Positions 38,832 to 52,528 are shown, counted from the first letter of the stretch. The stretch is DNA of 64,000 bases from Microthyrium microscopicum (GCA_010405405.1 MU004239.1:1318722-1382721); one strand, 5' to 3'. A program made the numbers and translations. Notes: a model not told the origin generated them from the sequence alone.

Positions 38832-41800
38832 GGATCCCGTGAGATGGAGGACTCTCAGCCTCACTATTTCATGATCCATCTAGCCGAAGTGGATCATCAC
38901 ACAGAGACATCCTCTCTATTCACGTTTATACGCAGCGACTGTTTCACGAAGAGATTCCTAGAAGACCACTCCGATAAAGTTAAAGATCGGCAGGCTTCGT
39001 CGAGATTGCGATTGCAGGTCTATGATAGCATTACAGCGGGTGGCGCCGAAGGTTACATTTGTTGAGCGCGCAGTCAAGTCCATTTTGGACCACCCCCGAT
39101 TCAAGTCCACTTGGCGCTCGAAGAGGTTTATGAGGAAGTCCTCCTTCTTTGCGACTGAGCACGGATACTTTTGACTATTCAACGCTTGCTATAGCATTTT
39201 GCGCTGAAAAGCCATATCATTTGCGAATTGTAACGATGGACACGGATTACGAGTAGATATTATGTACTATAGTTTTTAACCCCAATACTGCAAGACCATT
39301 TACGTGTTTCAACTCAGAATAACCCCTAAAACCATTAAATTGTTTGAAACTCTCAACTATTACATGAATAAACGTGGCTAATGGACCACCTCCAGCCTCA
39401 CACGGGGTAAGAACATTGGCCAGCAGACCCACTATCGGATACGGCCGACAAGGTGAAGCGAGGCTCCAGACAGGTTCGTAAGAGTAGCAGGAGTGGTCAC
39501 CCCAGGCTAAGTGATACTGAAGCCAGACGTCTCATAATTTCATGAATGCAGGCAATTACATCACAAATTCTGTCCCGGCGCCTTGCGCCAATGATTACAA
39601 TAATGAATATAGAATCATTACTAGTTCCACCGCTCATCCTACGCGGGAAGCTCTGCGAGAAGCGCATATACCACGTTGTCTGGTTCCCGAAATACTGCAG
39701 AACGCGGCATGGAAGGTTAGGAAGAACAAAAGATATCTGCACAAGCAGCATAACTCAACGCCTCAGAGCCAGTATCAACTGCTTGAAAGGTACACCCGCA
39801 ACAGCTCCCGCCCTTGCCACAATACGTTTCGTGGTTTCGAACTCAAAATGCAATTACTTCATGCAGGTCTACAATTGTCCTATGTGAAAGATACTGCAGG
39901 TCGTAGTAGTATTGGCCTCGACCATTACCACTCCAGATGTGGCTAAAAGCTCAATATCCCCACGCCACCCACGCCGTGCGCTATCCGCCTGCCATTTCTG
40001 ACAAGCCTTTACGTATCTTCCCCTCCCATAACGCCGTCCCACATGCCTCTTCAATAGTTGTGTCTTTATGTATGTCACATTGAAGTCGTAGCAAGCAATA
40101 GTTCTACCATCGGATAACAGGTTCAACCGGCGGCTTCCATCAAGTCCGCCTGGCCAACGCATTTGACCGGGTAGGCCTCAAATTAACAGCAGAAGAACAC
40201 GGTATCTTCACCGAAGCTTCAATGTTCAAATCAAGTCTCAAGAGTGGGAGTGGGATACCTCCAACCTGACTTGGTGCAGCCATTGGACCTTTGAATTTCA
40301 CAACTCCTACCAATGCAACCGTTCCAACCACTCCAACCACAGTCCACTATACCCCTTGCACCATGTTGAAGTTTACACTAATGCCAGTCTCAGAACAAAA
40401 TCCATGAGAGGCTACCTGAACGACCGTTACTCATAATTCGTTTTGCAAGTCGTCATTTAGAAGCGGGTATTGCCGACTAGTCAATTCCGAATACAGCCAT
40501 CTCATTCAGGATGCAGAAAAAATGAATACAAGCTCGTGGCAGCAGAAGACTTGTCAAGCAGGGTCATTGCATGATCATCCTTCAAGACGAATAGGTACGC
40601 CGCATTGATGAACGCTTCCACTACCAACCTGGCCCGGTATACACAAGTTCCTTCTTTCGCTTTGGCATACTTGTAACCTCCGCGAAGGTGCATTGCATCA
40701 TCTGAACCATCTTTGCTTTCTCTCCTTCCATAAGAAGCAAATGAGTTCATCCGAGGATGGGATTGACGAGATGAGCGTTTGTGCCTTGCCATTTCTCTGC
40801 CATCATCTGCTACCTCATGAACACTCCATGTCGTTTTGCCGAGTTGTTGCCGCTTGCTTGCGGCACTAAGACCTATACGGGGAGCATCAAGCACACGAAA
40901 AACGAATTCTATATGAAGGTGCATGATCTACTTTGCAACTTTTACTAGTCTAGCCAGGGTGGAACAGCTCATTCGACACAAGCGAAGTCACTGGTTAGTT
41001 GGCAGAGAAGTAGGATGCTGCTAGTGCTCTCCTGTGAACTACTCAATGTTCCATCAAGCTGGAATACAAGGGCCAATTTCAGACGTATGCCGTGGTCGTG
41101 GTAGGAGATAACTATAAAAAAAACGGCGACTATGACCATTGATTACCTAGGTATGGTAGGATCTAGTCCAATAGAACCAGTTGGATTTCTAAATTGAAGC
41201 CGAAAATCCGCTCAAAAATGACTGTGACAGTACCAGTAATCATTATCTAGAGTCATGATTGTATGGCTTCGGCGGAGCATTGATGACAACTAGAAACGTG
41301 CCCTTGATAGACGAGTCCAGCCTACGAAGTAGTGGAAAAACAAAGTTAGTTCAACGGCAAGAAAACAGGCACAACTCCCAAAATCGATTTTGTAAAGCCC
41401 CTCAGATTCCACCCTCGCTAGAGTCTCCTTCTATATTGCTTTACTACTCGCCTTGGGGGCTGGTAAACATCCGATAGTCGACCTTGGGAGGATCAGTCGC
41501 TTAACTCTCGCTGCTGCTCATTGACCCATGTCCTATTGCAATGTCGCTATACAGATCACTCACCAGGAAGTATACATTTTCACCTTGGTTCGTGGGAGAA
41601 ATGGGCTCATAGACACTTGGCTAAGTCGCTGGAGATGCACAGATCTTCGCTAATTGGATTATTTCTCACAAGTGATGATGGGTGGGAGAGCGGGAAAGTT
41701 CCCATTCCGCCCGCAGTGGAAGGATTAATCCCTACATCGTATTAAGTAAACTATTCTTGCAGATGAAGTGCAGGGCTGAGGATATAGCCGCACTCCCCGA

Positions 41801-44201
41801 TAGATCATATCTGCGGAGAAGAAGGAGGGGAAGCAAAATCATGGTGGAGCATACATATCACTTGTCGTCAATATAAGACTCTACTCATGGCAATTATTAG
41901 CGCGATAGATCTCATATTTTAAAGTTATGTAAATCAGGCGTGCCGCCCAAGGAATAGATAGAGAGGAAGTAATAAGAGATACCGTACCATCCGCGTGGGA
42001 CGATGTCAAAGACAACCTCTGAGTAGTGTAAATTATTTCTAGCCTTATGGCAAGGTTCTCTGCATCATGTCCAAGGTTCTAGACATCAAGGCAGTAATAA
42101 TCCTTCCAACAACAAATACCATGTCCCTGTTCTACCCACGAGGAAAATATACTTGAAAGACTACGGGTGCAGAGCCCCTTCAAGCATTATCTCTCTCTCA
42201 TCTAAATGCAGAATCGGAAAATGTAATTCCCCGATTGGGCAAATACTATGAAATAAGTTTTTGCAGGACCGTCTGATTGACCTTTAGCGAGCATTAGTGA
42301 TAGATACTGTTTGACAGGCAAGAAGACGAAAAATTCCTAGCTCGGGCAGGGCGCCTTACTGTCTCGGGGCATTACCAAATGTAGAGATTGCCTTGTCTTT
42401 GAACAATCATGAAAGGTTTCAATTCCAACTTGTACCTAGAATATGGAATGGCATTGCGCTGTCACATAATTTAGGGTTATCAAACCATGCAACTGAATGG
42501 ATTATGGAACATTTCATGGCTGTTTTGACATCACGTCAGGGATAGATATCACATTAGGTAGGTATCTGACCTAATAATGTGATTGCACCAAAGTTTTGGT
42601 CCCTTCAGCTGTTCATCTCTTCCTGTCTTAATCTTTCTCTAGACAGGCTACAGATTCCAACCTACGTAGACATTTAATCAGAGGTGAGACAGTAAAAGAG
42701 ATATCGAGCCTATCAAAAACCTTTGCCTGCAACATCCTAGCATCACGATGGATACCCCTGGTCACTCAGAGATGCATCTACTGGTCACAACAGGTACCTG
42801 TGCCTGTCCCTTGGGCCTTGGCCCTGGTGCAAATCGAGCGGGTTCTTGTCGAGAAACTAGATTTCGACAACGGCCAGTCACTGGAGTCGTTCAGCAGCGT
42901 CACTAATGCCAAGGCGGCAACAAGATACCCTTCTCGAAGGAAACCTCTATAGAATGGTTTGCAAACTTTGTTCAGAGACATCACGTCTTTTCTCATGCCT
43001 ACAACCACGAATCGCGTTCGATGCCGAAGACCCCAGCGTCTGGCCTCATCAATGGGCAAGCTCTACTGATTATGGCTGCTCGTGCTTGAGCATTGCCATC
43101 ACTGAGCCGGTGTGTGACTTCTACTATAACTTGTTGACATAGTGGAGTCTGGAACCCATTGATCATAGTATCATCGTACGCGTAGATTCCGGGGTCAAAT
43201 CTTCTCGCGGATCGCGGCTGTGGACCAGGGCCCCATGAAGGCTGGTGTCGGCTGCTGGCGGGATGAGGCGACGGAGGCTTCCCCCTTTTCCTGTTGGGTC
43301 AGGCCGCAGGCGAGATTGGCCATGTCTCAACATAGCCAAGCGAGCTGGAAAAGATGATATAACCAGGTTTGGTTCTAGGTACTATGGATCAATGGTAGTC
43401 GATTATCAGCATGCAAAGTCAAGGTGAGGTTGGTAGTTATGAAGTTAGCTTTATGTTCTTAAGACTTTGACATTCAAGAAGTTCTTTTTCTGCTCTTTGA
43501 CAGCGGCAAAAGTAAACCTTCTCAGGGGGCTTGTAGCATTTCAATGGGGGTCATACAATTTCAAACTACATGGGTTTTCCTAAGTGTGGTTAGCGCCTCA
43601 AGCCGTCTTCCTTCCCGATTGTTGTCGAATGATGTCTGGTCAATTCTTGTCATCTTGTGGCACGTTGGGACTCTTCATGGACACGCTAGCCACCGGGGAA
43701 GCTGTGATGAAAAGCCTCCTGGGGATATGTGAACCTATGAGCATAAGAGTGTGAGAGGTTCTGCGGAGGCACGAAGAAATCTCCGGCAGAAATTGTGATA
43801 TTGTGGATTCATGTTAGTAATGCTGCTAGCAGAGCCAGGGCCCAGGCAGCTGGGAATGGACGTTCCTTGCTAGCAGCTGAAAATTCCTTTTCGTTCCGAA
43901 CCTCTGATGAGCCTTATGCCTTTTTGGCCGTTTGAAGTTTTGAACCATCATGCGAAAATGAGCACGAAATGGATTGGACATCTGTAGTATGACGCTAAAT
44001 GAATTTCAGATATAACCTGGAATAATGGTGACCGTTCAAAGGTCTTTCGAAAGCATTGCGCTACCATCCCACCGTAACGACAGACTAACTTTCCTGATTT
44101 CGATCGCTCAACGCGCGCTCCAGCTGCAAAGGCTGACGTTGGCTAAGTAGCTGACGTCGCCTGACGAATCATCGTCTTCTTCTTGCCCTGACACCCTCAT
44201 A

Positions 44202-44279
44202 CCTCTGCTGCGCGTTCTGTGCTACACAGGGCATAAATCTGGCCTGTTGATTCAGCTATAGATCTAGGATCCTAATTAG
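44202..44279 (+). repeat. Left TIR of the Tc1 element (~78 bp)
   Basis: Reverse complement of 47479-47556. The first ~68 bp show a single G/A mismatch. Confidence 0.92.
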
Positions 44280-44442
44280 GGGAGACCCTAAACTATAGGA
44301 GTATACTACAGTACAAATTTATATAGTAGCATATTTAGCAGTTCTATATATTACTATAAATAATATATCTTAACATCTAACTTTATAATATTCTTAGTAT
44401 TATTTAAATCCTTAGATCTTACTCATTTTAACTAATCTCGTT

Positions 44443-45510
44443 ATAGCGTCTCTTTTTATAATAAATTTAGGTAAGCATCTTAATAAATTTAAACGCTATT
44501 AAGTACAAGATATAATTCTTATAGAGTACTCTCGTCGTAAGATTATTAGCGCCCTTAAATGCTCTTAAGAAATTATTAGTTATTAGCGTAGAAAGCTTAA
44601 AATAACTAGTTCCTTTAATACTATTAGAGTTATTTAACAGTAGCCCTTAATTAATTCTTTAAAAACAATCATATTAGTAGAATATCTAATATTAAAGCCT
44701 AATTCTACTTAATTCAAGATAGCAGACTACCTAATGGATATCTTTAACGTTAAAGTAAGCTATAATATAGTATACTAAGCGCTAAAGCGCATAAAATAGA
44801 CTAAAAAGAGAGTAAGAAGTTACTATTATTATTATAGCTTTACTTAATTAATTCTTATCGTATTAACTTTAAAATAGTATTATAATATTACTATTTAACG
44901 GTTCTTATATCTTTATTAAGAATTCTATATAAAAATGAATAATTACTATCTAGATTAAATTGTTTATATTAATAAATATAGCATAGGGATAGGCTTATTA
45001 GCCCATAGAATAGGATAGAGCCTAAAGGACATAGAATACGCTATATTTTTACTACTTTAGAGCTCTAAGAAGTAGAATATACTACTAGCATATACTATAT
45101 AAGGAATTTTAGTAGTGAATCTATATTAATACAATACAGATAGTAAGGGATTTACCTACTAGTATAAATATAACCTAATTCTAGAGTGTTCTACTTTCCT
45201 TACCTTAAGGAATTTCGTTATTATAATAGATAATACGTAGTTCTATTAGGCTACAAATCTAAAGCCTCTTTTTAAGAGTTGTAGCATTTAATTAGAGTTT
45301 TTACTACCTTATAGCCCTAATTTTAATTCTATTAAGTAATTATTTAGTAATTTAAAGAAGTAGATTAGATTAAATAATAGGCATTATGAATAGAGATAAT
45401 AGGAAAAGTAGCCATTCAAGGAATATCTACGTTTAGGCTTAAGAAAGCTTAATACTAGCTAACAAGCTATAAAACACTTCTATAAAAGTAAATTTAACAT
45501 CTAGAATAAC
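44443..45510 (+). pseudogene. RIP-inactivated Tc1-type DD34E transposase (boundaries approximate)
   Basis: YI(DE) at ~44965, I(M)DN with GAT at 45229, and L(P)PYSP(D)FN(P)I(E) at 45301-45336. There are 34 codons between the second D and the E position. Confidence 0.88.
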
Positions 45511-45519
45511 TAGATAACT

Positions 45520-47150
45520 ATTTTATTTAATTTAACTCTCTTCTACGCGTCTTTTGCTATTCTTTTTAGCCTTATCATGCCATTCTTTAATCTAAATAAT
45601 AAAATACTTAATAGCGTTAATCTTAATGTTAGGGTTAACGTTAGTAAAGACCCTAATATCTTCCTTTATAGCTACTTTACTAATTCTTAAGTACTTACTT
45701 TAACAAATATTTAAAATTAACTTTATCTACTTAAACTAAGATATTTTAATATCTAAATAATTAGACAACCACTCCTTAAATATTATTAGCTCTTTATTTA
45801 AGTTAAAAATAATCAAATCTAAGGCTACTAGTAGTGAAGGGCTACTAGTAGGAATTTTAACGTTAGAGGTTATCATAGTGTCTACTATTAGTACTCTACT
45901 ACTAGTAGCTATAGCAGCCTAAATATTTGCTAATATAAAGCTAAAATATAGGTTATTACCATTAAAGTGCCCTAAATTATTAAAATTGTTCTTATCTCTA
46001 CTATTACGCTTATCTTTAGAATAAGCATTCTTATTAAACCTTTTACTAGTAGTAGAGCTAAAGATATCTATTAGAATTTTATTTAGAGGCCATAGATTAA
46101 AGAACTCATAAAGGGCCATTAGTCTAATAATCTTACTCTAGTAGCGTAGTACTAAAGGTTAAATTATTAAGTATTTCTTACTTATTCTAAGGATATAGTA
46201 ATGCTCTTTAATCTTTAAAGAGAGATATAACTCTTTATAGTAGCCATATTTATTAGAAAGAGTAGCATAAGTGTTAGTATAATTATGGGTTCAATTCTCT
46301 TTAATAATAACATTAATCTAAGTAGTATTTATATTTTTCTATTATTTCTAGAGTTCTTTTACTATCCCTAAAGTTTAAGGTACTTTATTAGCTTTATTAA
46401 CAGTCTATAATATCTCCTACTCTAGCGTTACTAGTTTAGCTATTTTAGAAGAGATATTAATATAAAATTAAAAACGTTTATTAATCTTCACTAGCTAATA
46501 TTTAATATTAGACTCCTCTTTATTAAACGCAAACAATATTATAGGATCTTTAGCAGTTTTATTAATAGGAAGCTAAAGATAGGTCTAAATTAACGTTATA
46601 AAGCTTATTAAATAACATTATTCTCTAGCTTAAGAAGCTTTCTATTAAAGAGCTTCTTTCTAACTATTAAAGAGGGTAGTATATACTTCTATAGTAGTTT
46701 TATTTAGTTGTACCTTATTCTCTCCCTTCTTAATATTATATTTAACTATCTTATAGTAAATAATTAATACTATATCTCCATCGATTTAAATTAGCGCCTT
46801 TAAACTACCCCCTAGTTATAATAGTAGCGCTAGGATTTAAGATTTAGATAACTTATTAAATCTAGGCTATCAAGATCTCTAGCTAGCGTTTACTCTATTA
46901 TCTATCTCTTTAACATAGCTTATAGAAGAGCTAGGGATCGCTATTAAAGGGCTAGGAATTACTATTAAAGAGCTTAGATTTTAGCTCTATATCTAGCTTT
47001 TAGCAGATATCTAGAAGCTACGGAGATCTCTAGATACTATAGGAGCCGTTCTTAGAATAATAGCAGTATTTTAGCTTATTTTACCTATAATTTAGGTAGG
47101 TATATCCACTATTATTTTAGGTATTAATATTCTAGTCTTTTTTTTATAGG
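45520..47150 (-). pseudogene. RIP-damaged second ORF of unknown function inside the Tc1 element (boundaries approximate)
   Basis: The minus-strand frame containing ORF 45919-46119 stays readable to at least 46320, with only stop codons of the kind RIP creates (TAG/TAA/TGA from TGG/CAA/CGA). It includes a K/N-rich tract decodable as D/E-rich. Confidence 0.6.
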
Positions 47151-47478
47151 AAGGGCGTTAAGTAGTAATAGGGTTAAGATCCACTAATAAGGGTCATTTA
47201 TTTAACTATTTATCCAGCATAATTACTAGGAATAATAACGATAAGGCTATTTACTAATAATTTAATAAGAATCTAGCTCTTTTAGGCTTTTAAATAGTAT
47301 AAAGATTAATTAATTATAAGGTATCCTTAGTAAGGAATTCCTACTCTAAAATCTACATTTTTAGCCTATCTTTAGATTACTAGGGAGTACTATAAAACTA
47401 GCATTGCTTTATAGCTACTAATAGTCTAATTACATACAAATCTATATACTAACGTACTCCTTAATCCTATCCTACGAT

Positions 47479-47556
47479 CCAATTAGATTCCTAGATCTAT
47501 AGCTGAATCAATAGGCCAGATTTATGCCCTGTGTAGCACAGAACGCGCAGCAGAGG
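47479..47556 (-). repeat. Right TIR of the Tc1 element
   Basis: Inverted copy of 44202-44279, followed by TA. Confidence 0.92.
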
Positions 47557-50500
47557 TACCTTGATCTAAAGAGCTGCGCAATTGATAACACTGGAAAGAT
47601 GAAGCATCATTGTGATTGGCACACCATTACCCCCGATCTAGATAGCATCTTTCCTCCTGATCAGCTAGCTGGACTGTTGCTTCGCTTACCTGGTCGCCTG
47701 AAGTTACTTATAGGTCATAGATCGGGAGTATTGACAGCTCGACTCCCACGCAAAGAAACCCAACGACTTACCCAGGTACTAAGCTAAACGACCGAGCCTG
47801 GATATTGGGAATGGCTCCTCAGTCCTCACATGACACCACATCTTCAATTATCGCCATGAACTTGAATTTACTGAGTCTAGTTTTTCTGGGGACCAGCGCC
47901 ATTCTCCTTGTTCTGCCACCAGTTATCGAAGGTTTGTGATAGAATACTACAGTCTACCAGCCAAAGATATACATAGTGTGCCGCACGTGCATTGTGCATT
48001 CGAATGATCTAATGAGCAAATCACGAATATCCATTTAGTCAAGGCGAAGGTCTCAGGCCTTTTCTCGAATCTTGAGCAGTCAAGAGAACAAATGACACCA
48101 TCCAGTTCGATTGTGTGGGTTTCTGGGGAATCTCCGCATTTCTGGTAGGTCTTGCAGCATCCGAATAATGCATCTCGCTCAACGTGCTGGTCACCGCTGT
48201 TGGTGTGAAGGTGCATCCCGCTTGCAGCAGGACGGTGGAGCATAGCTAAGTAAATTGACTAACTTAATCCTTGCCAGTAAGTAGTGCTACCTTGATGGGC
48301 TCCCGATTCCCAAATAGCTGGGAAACCAAGATACCAGTGGGTGCTCCTCTTTCTTGCATTCGTCATAAGGCACTCATACATGACAAGCCAAGACAAAGTC
48401 CACTCGAGCTTTCGCACCGTGATATGTCTCAGCAGACCACTAGCAATCCTCTGTAATAATTGCAGACTGTTGTGCGACTGATCTCATGGTAAATACCAAG
48501 TAAAGAAAATGGAATTAGCGGTGAGAAGTTTTGGTTCATCGGATGCCTAACAGAATACGAAGATAATTCACAAGACCTGACTTTGATGAGCGATTTTGAT
48601 CTCTTATCGTAAACATGGGGTTGCCGGCAGACCTTCCAAATGCCTATCTTTCCAAATTCCCCGTCGCGAAGTTGGTTCCTACTGACTAGGTCCTAGCCTT
48701 AAATCTGCCTTCAACAAGCTTCCGCGTTCTTAGATAAGTACTTAAATTGTATAAATCTGACAGATCAAATGAAGCCTTCGGCCATTTTGACAGGAGCCAT
48801 CTACTAAAGCCGTGTCTATATCCAATGGTATTCATTCTTCATGTTTACGAGTGTGATGGGAAATGCTCTAATAATTTGCTGTTTCTGTAGCCATATTCAA
48901 ATAACCTTGCAAAGAATTGCCATTCCTCAAAATTTACTGGCTTTGTAACCTAGCTTTGGTAGGCACTTTGCAAGAATAGACGATTTGAAATGTTCTCCTT
49001 AGCGAATAGCGATAAATGGTTGTCACCGTGGTTTACAGGATCGCTTCTAAAACTTCCATCGTATTGGGTTGTGTGCTTGACTTTACAAGTTCTTAGGAGC
49101 CAAATATCTTGAGCAGATCGCACAAAAGTAGTATATGGAGAATGGCGCATGCAAGGCACTTTACCTACTCGACAAAGCAGCATTAAAGAAACTGCTGGCC
49201 TTACATTCATAAGTGCTCATGACTAAGCCAAGGGTTATATCACTCTGTCTTTGATAATTTATGCTCTTGCGTCCTCCTGAGTCCTCCCCATGGAAATATT
49301 TGCTGTAAGACACCTAGCAAACAATATCTTATGATCAGAATCTCATCGAACTGAATGCTTAATTAGTTTGTCAAAGTACTATCTATAATCTCTGCATTCC
49401 TTGCCCTTCCCACCAAGCGATACGCAATCGTCCTGAAATGTCGAAAGATAAACCATACTTCATGCTGTAACTTAACTGGTAATATCTCAACTATCATGTT
49501 TAGCTTCACTTCAGAGTAATTACTTTGAGCCTTTCATGTTGATTGATATTTGGCAAGAAATGATCGATAGCGAGTCGGATGTCACTCTGCCGAATACAAT
49601 GAAGGAGAAGTTCACCTACGCAATGACCATGTGAGACTACAACATACAGGGGATAAGTCCTGATTACTTTTGACGCCGTGGTCACAGAGCCCTCATAATA
49701 GTACGCGTTGCAAGAATTGAATGCCTTTTGCGAGAATGATTGCATCTGACAACGAAGCGTGACTCATGTTAGACATCGCAGTGAGTTAGAGGACGCGAAC
49801 CATTTTGCTCATCCTTTTGACGGTAATAAACACATGGTTTCGAGAGTCTATCGCACCACGAGGCTCGTTTCCGAACTGATATCTGCAACTATAGAACCTT
49901 CCTGCTTCTACTGGACTGACGAGACAGTTGGAGGTATTGACTTGACTGATATTTTACGTCACGAATGCTCATATATCCCAGAACTAAGAGATTTGCGCAT
50001 CAGTCTCACAAATAGTTCCTCCATAGACTCAAATGGTTACCTGGTGGATGACTCTATTTTGTGAACTACAAGCCATGTATCAGCATTGCAAATTCTATAC
50101 GAGATGTGATTAGAAAGAAAAGCAGACGTCGCTGCAAGTGACGATATGTCGTTGAAATAGAGTTATAACATGTGCGGCTATTGCCACGAGGAGAAGGCCC
50201 GGCAACCGCGTGTGCTCTAAGGCTCCTTCCAACGTGGGCCACGGAGCAGGCTGTTCGAGGCAAGAGCAGACCACACGCCTAGAAGGAAGGAGGATCCTCG
50301 ATAAAAGTCCACTCAGGCTCAACAGCCTGAGTGGAGAGGTACATGAACCGGGAGTCATGTTTCATTTGAGGAGCCATTCTAACAGAAAGCTGATGAAAGA
50401 GAAGAGCGGTTGGCCAAAGGGTTGGGAACAATAAGGCTGTGGGAGGAAGTCTCAACCAGTCAAATCGAATGCATGGATCAGTAGCGTCATAGATTGGCCA

Positions 50501-50567
50501 ATCAAAGCTCAGTATTGCCTGTAAGGCTGTTCAAATGCGACCTATATGATCCAGTGATTCCAGTCCT

Positions 50568-52058
50568 TCAAAGCTTTGCAGCGAAATATATGAAGAGGAA
50601 GCCCATCTGATCTGCCATCTTGCCATGCGCGTGCTGTCTTGGTCGATGTTTGACCAAATCATAATTTGCTTCCACGACCAGTCTATCTCCTCGAACCACT
50701 TTGATTGGATCTCGGCACTTGGTCATTGATCCGATGGTCTCCCACTTACTACCATCAGCTGCTGTGGAAGTACCTCCATCTACTCCGTACACAGCCTTCG
50801 ACTCACAAACTTGCTTGCCGTTGAGATGGAGAATTACGTTCACTCCACCATCGTGAAGATGACCCTCTGTTTTGAAAGTCATGAGTACAAAAACGATCAT
50901 GATAGAATCGATGAGGGATGAGGGGACTCACTGCTTGATATGATGTAACCATTCTGTATAACGGGAAATTCATCGCTCTTCAATGTCATGGAAGTCTCAT
51001 TCGCCTTGGGCGTCCATGCCTAGTTTTTCTGTTAGAAATAACATTTCAAGGGGACAGCGTTTAGCCAACACAACACTTGAGCAAACACTACTCTCTTGAA
51101 ATGCTACATTGTAGAATCTCATCATTGTAACATCTCAGTAGAGGACCAGCTTGCTCAAGCCTGTTCGATGATTTTGCACAGGAAGATTCTTACAAATCCA
51201 TCCAAAGCACACCCGTTGGCACCAAGAATCTGAGCACTGACTTCGAGCGCGTCTGGAATCTTTCCTTCAACATACTCTAGCTCCAACTGCACGAAGACCT
51301 TTTGAGTGACATTACGATAATGGACAACTTGGGCAAAGCTCATGATTCTATTGTCCTTGCCCATGTAATAGCCACTGTTGAATTTACCATCTCCAGAAGT
51401 AAAGAACGTGTCTCCTTTGTCTTCAGCACCACCGGTAAAGAGCGAGCCTGCGCCCAAACGTCCTGGTGCCGGGGCTTTTGGATCATATTTTCCTGGACAT
51501 GTGTTCATCATAGTTGTTCCTTTGTAATCCATGTCTGAAACCCCCAAATGATGGACGTAAACACCATTGTCGATGGAAGCTTCGGTACCATCTTCATAGG
51601 CAATGGAGGATTTGGCATAGAGATAGGTGGCGTCTTTCGGGATTCCTTCGAGAGCTGCATTGAACATGTTCATGCCAGGTTCCATGAATGGAATATTCAG
51701 TACTGGAGCTTTATCATCAACGGCTGCAAGTGTGTGAGGACCGAAAAGAATCTTCACTCTCTTAGCCTCTTTTCGTAGCACAGAAGGCACAGTGGTAGTT
51801 TTGAAAGCTTTATCTGTTGGGAGCAGAGCTGACAGCCCATTTTGTAGAACTCCTAAGAGGTCAGGCGACGATGAAGATTTGTGGCCTCCGACTTCGTTAG
51901 ACTGTCTTCTCTCTAGAGTCGATTAGTAGTTGTATATCGTGCTATGTGGATTCATGGGTACCTAGACGAAGCTCACTCGCTGAGCTTGTTGGAGAGGCAT
52001 GTCGAATTACTGCACCTTGAACTACCGCGAATCGAATCAAGTATTCAAAGAACTTCAT
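50568..52058 (-). CDS. Predicted secreted protein (~395 aa) with PHM/DBH-type copper monooxygenase ligand pattern; exons 52058-51977, 51912-51194, 51019-50932, 50866-50568
   Basis: Four exons joined in frame by GT-AG introns. N-terminus MKFFEYLIRFAVVQG..., Kex2-like KRR, and motifs YVHHL, QVVHY, GHLHDGG and ADQMG. Confidence 0.8.
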
Positions 52059-52528
52059 TTTGTACCGTGGTCCAGAAGTTATTCAAGACGGCATCAGGGA
52101 AAACTTTCCAAGTCGTACGTGTTGCAAGATATGCCTCTTCATAAGTCTAATTCACAGCCCACCAGCTTATATATATTCGAAGCTTGAACCTAAATAAGAG
52201 ATGCAATAAGGAGTTTGACCAATCCGAACTCTTGAAGTGAACTATCCCACGGAGTTTTGAACTTTCTTGCGGGTAGTGGCTAAGCCCTAGAACACATCTT
52301 ATAGAAGTCAACTACAGCGTCGTCCGTTCGACCGCCGGACCACTTTCTCGGGTGCCTGAATATCAGTCATATATGGGGGATCACATTAATCACTCAAAGT
52401 TCGTATATTTTCTGTGCCGACTTCATGTCAAAGAAAATCGTTCTTCGAATCTGGGTATACCGAAACCGAAACCTAAATATGAGAATTCGTAAACATATAC
52501 CCCTATTGTCTCAAGTCATCACTCCACA

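Larger units (their letters stand above)
44202..47556 (+). mobile_element. Tc1/mariner (DD34E) DNA transposon, 3355 bp, RIP-mutated, with two ORF remnants
   Basis: TIRs CCTCTGCTGCGCGTTCTGTGCTACACAGGG... at both ends, TA duplication at 44200-44201 and 47557-47558, AT-rich interior. Confidence 0.93.

Noticed and set aside
39542..40924. ORFs of 113-140 aa, one containing LRGG
   Set aside because: No ubiquitin-like domain precedes LRGG, and there is no other coding evidence.
43822..43935. 10-bp inverted repeat followed by CTGATGA (hammerhead-like core)
   Set aside because: No GAAA after the putative stem II and no compatible stems I/III.
47947..48243. Cys-rich 98-aa minus-strand ORF near the Tc1 element
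   Set aside because: No signal peptide, even with the plausible upstream exon; not supportable as an effector.
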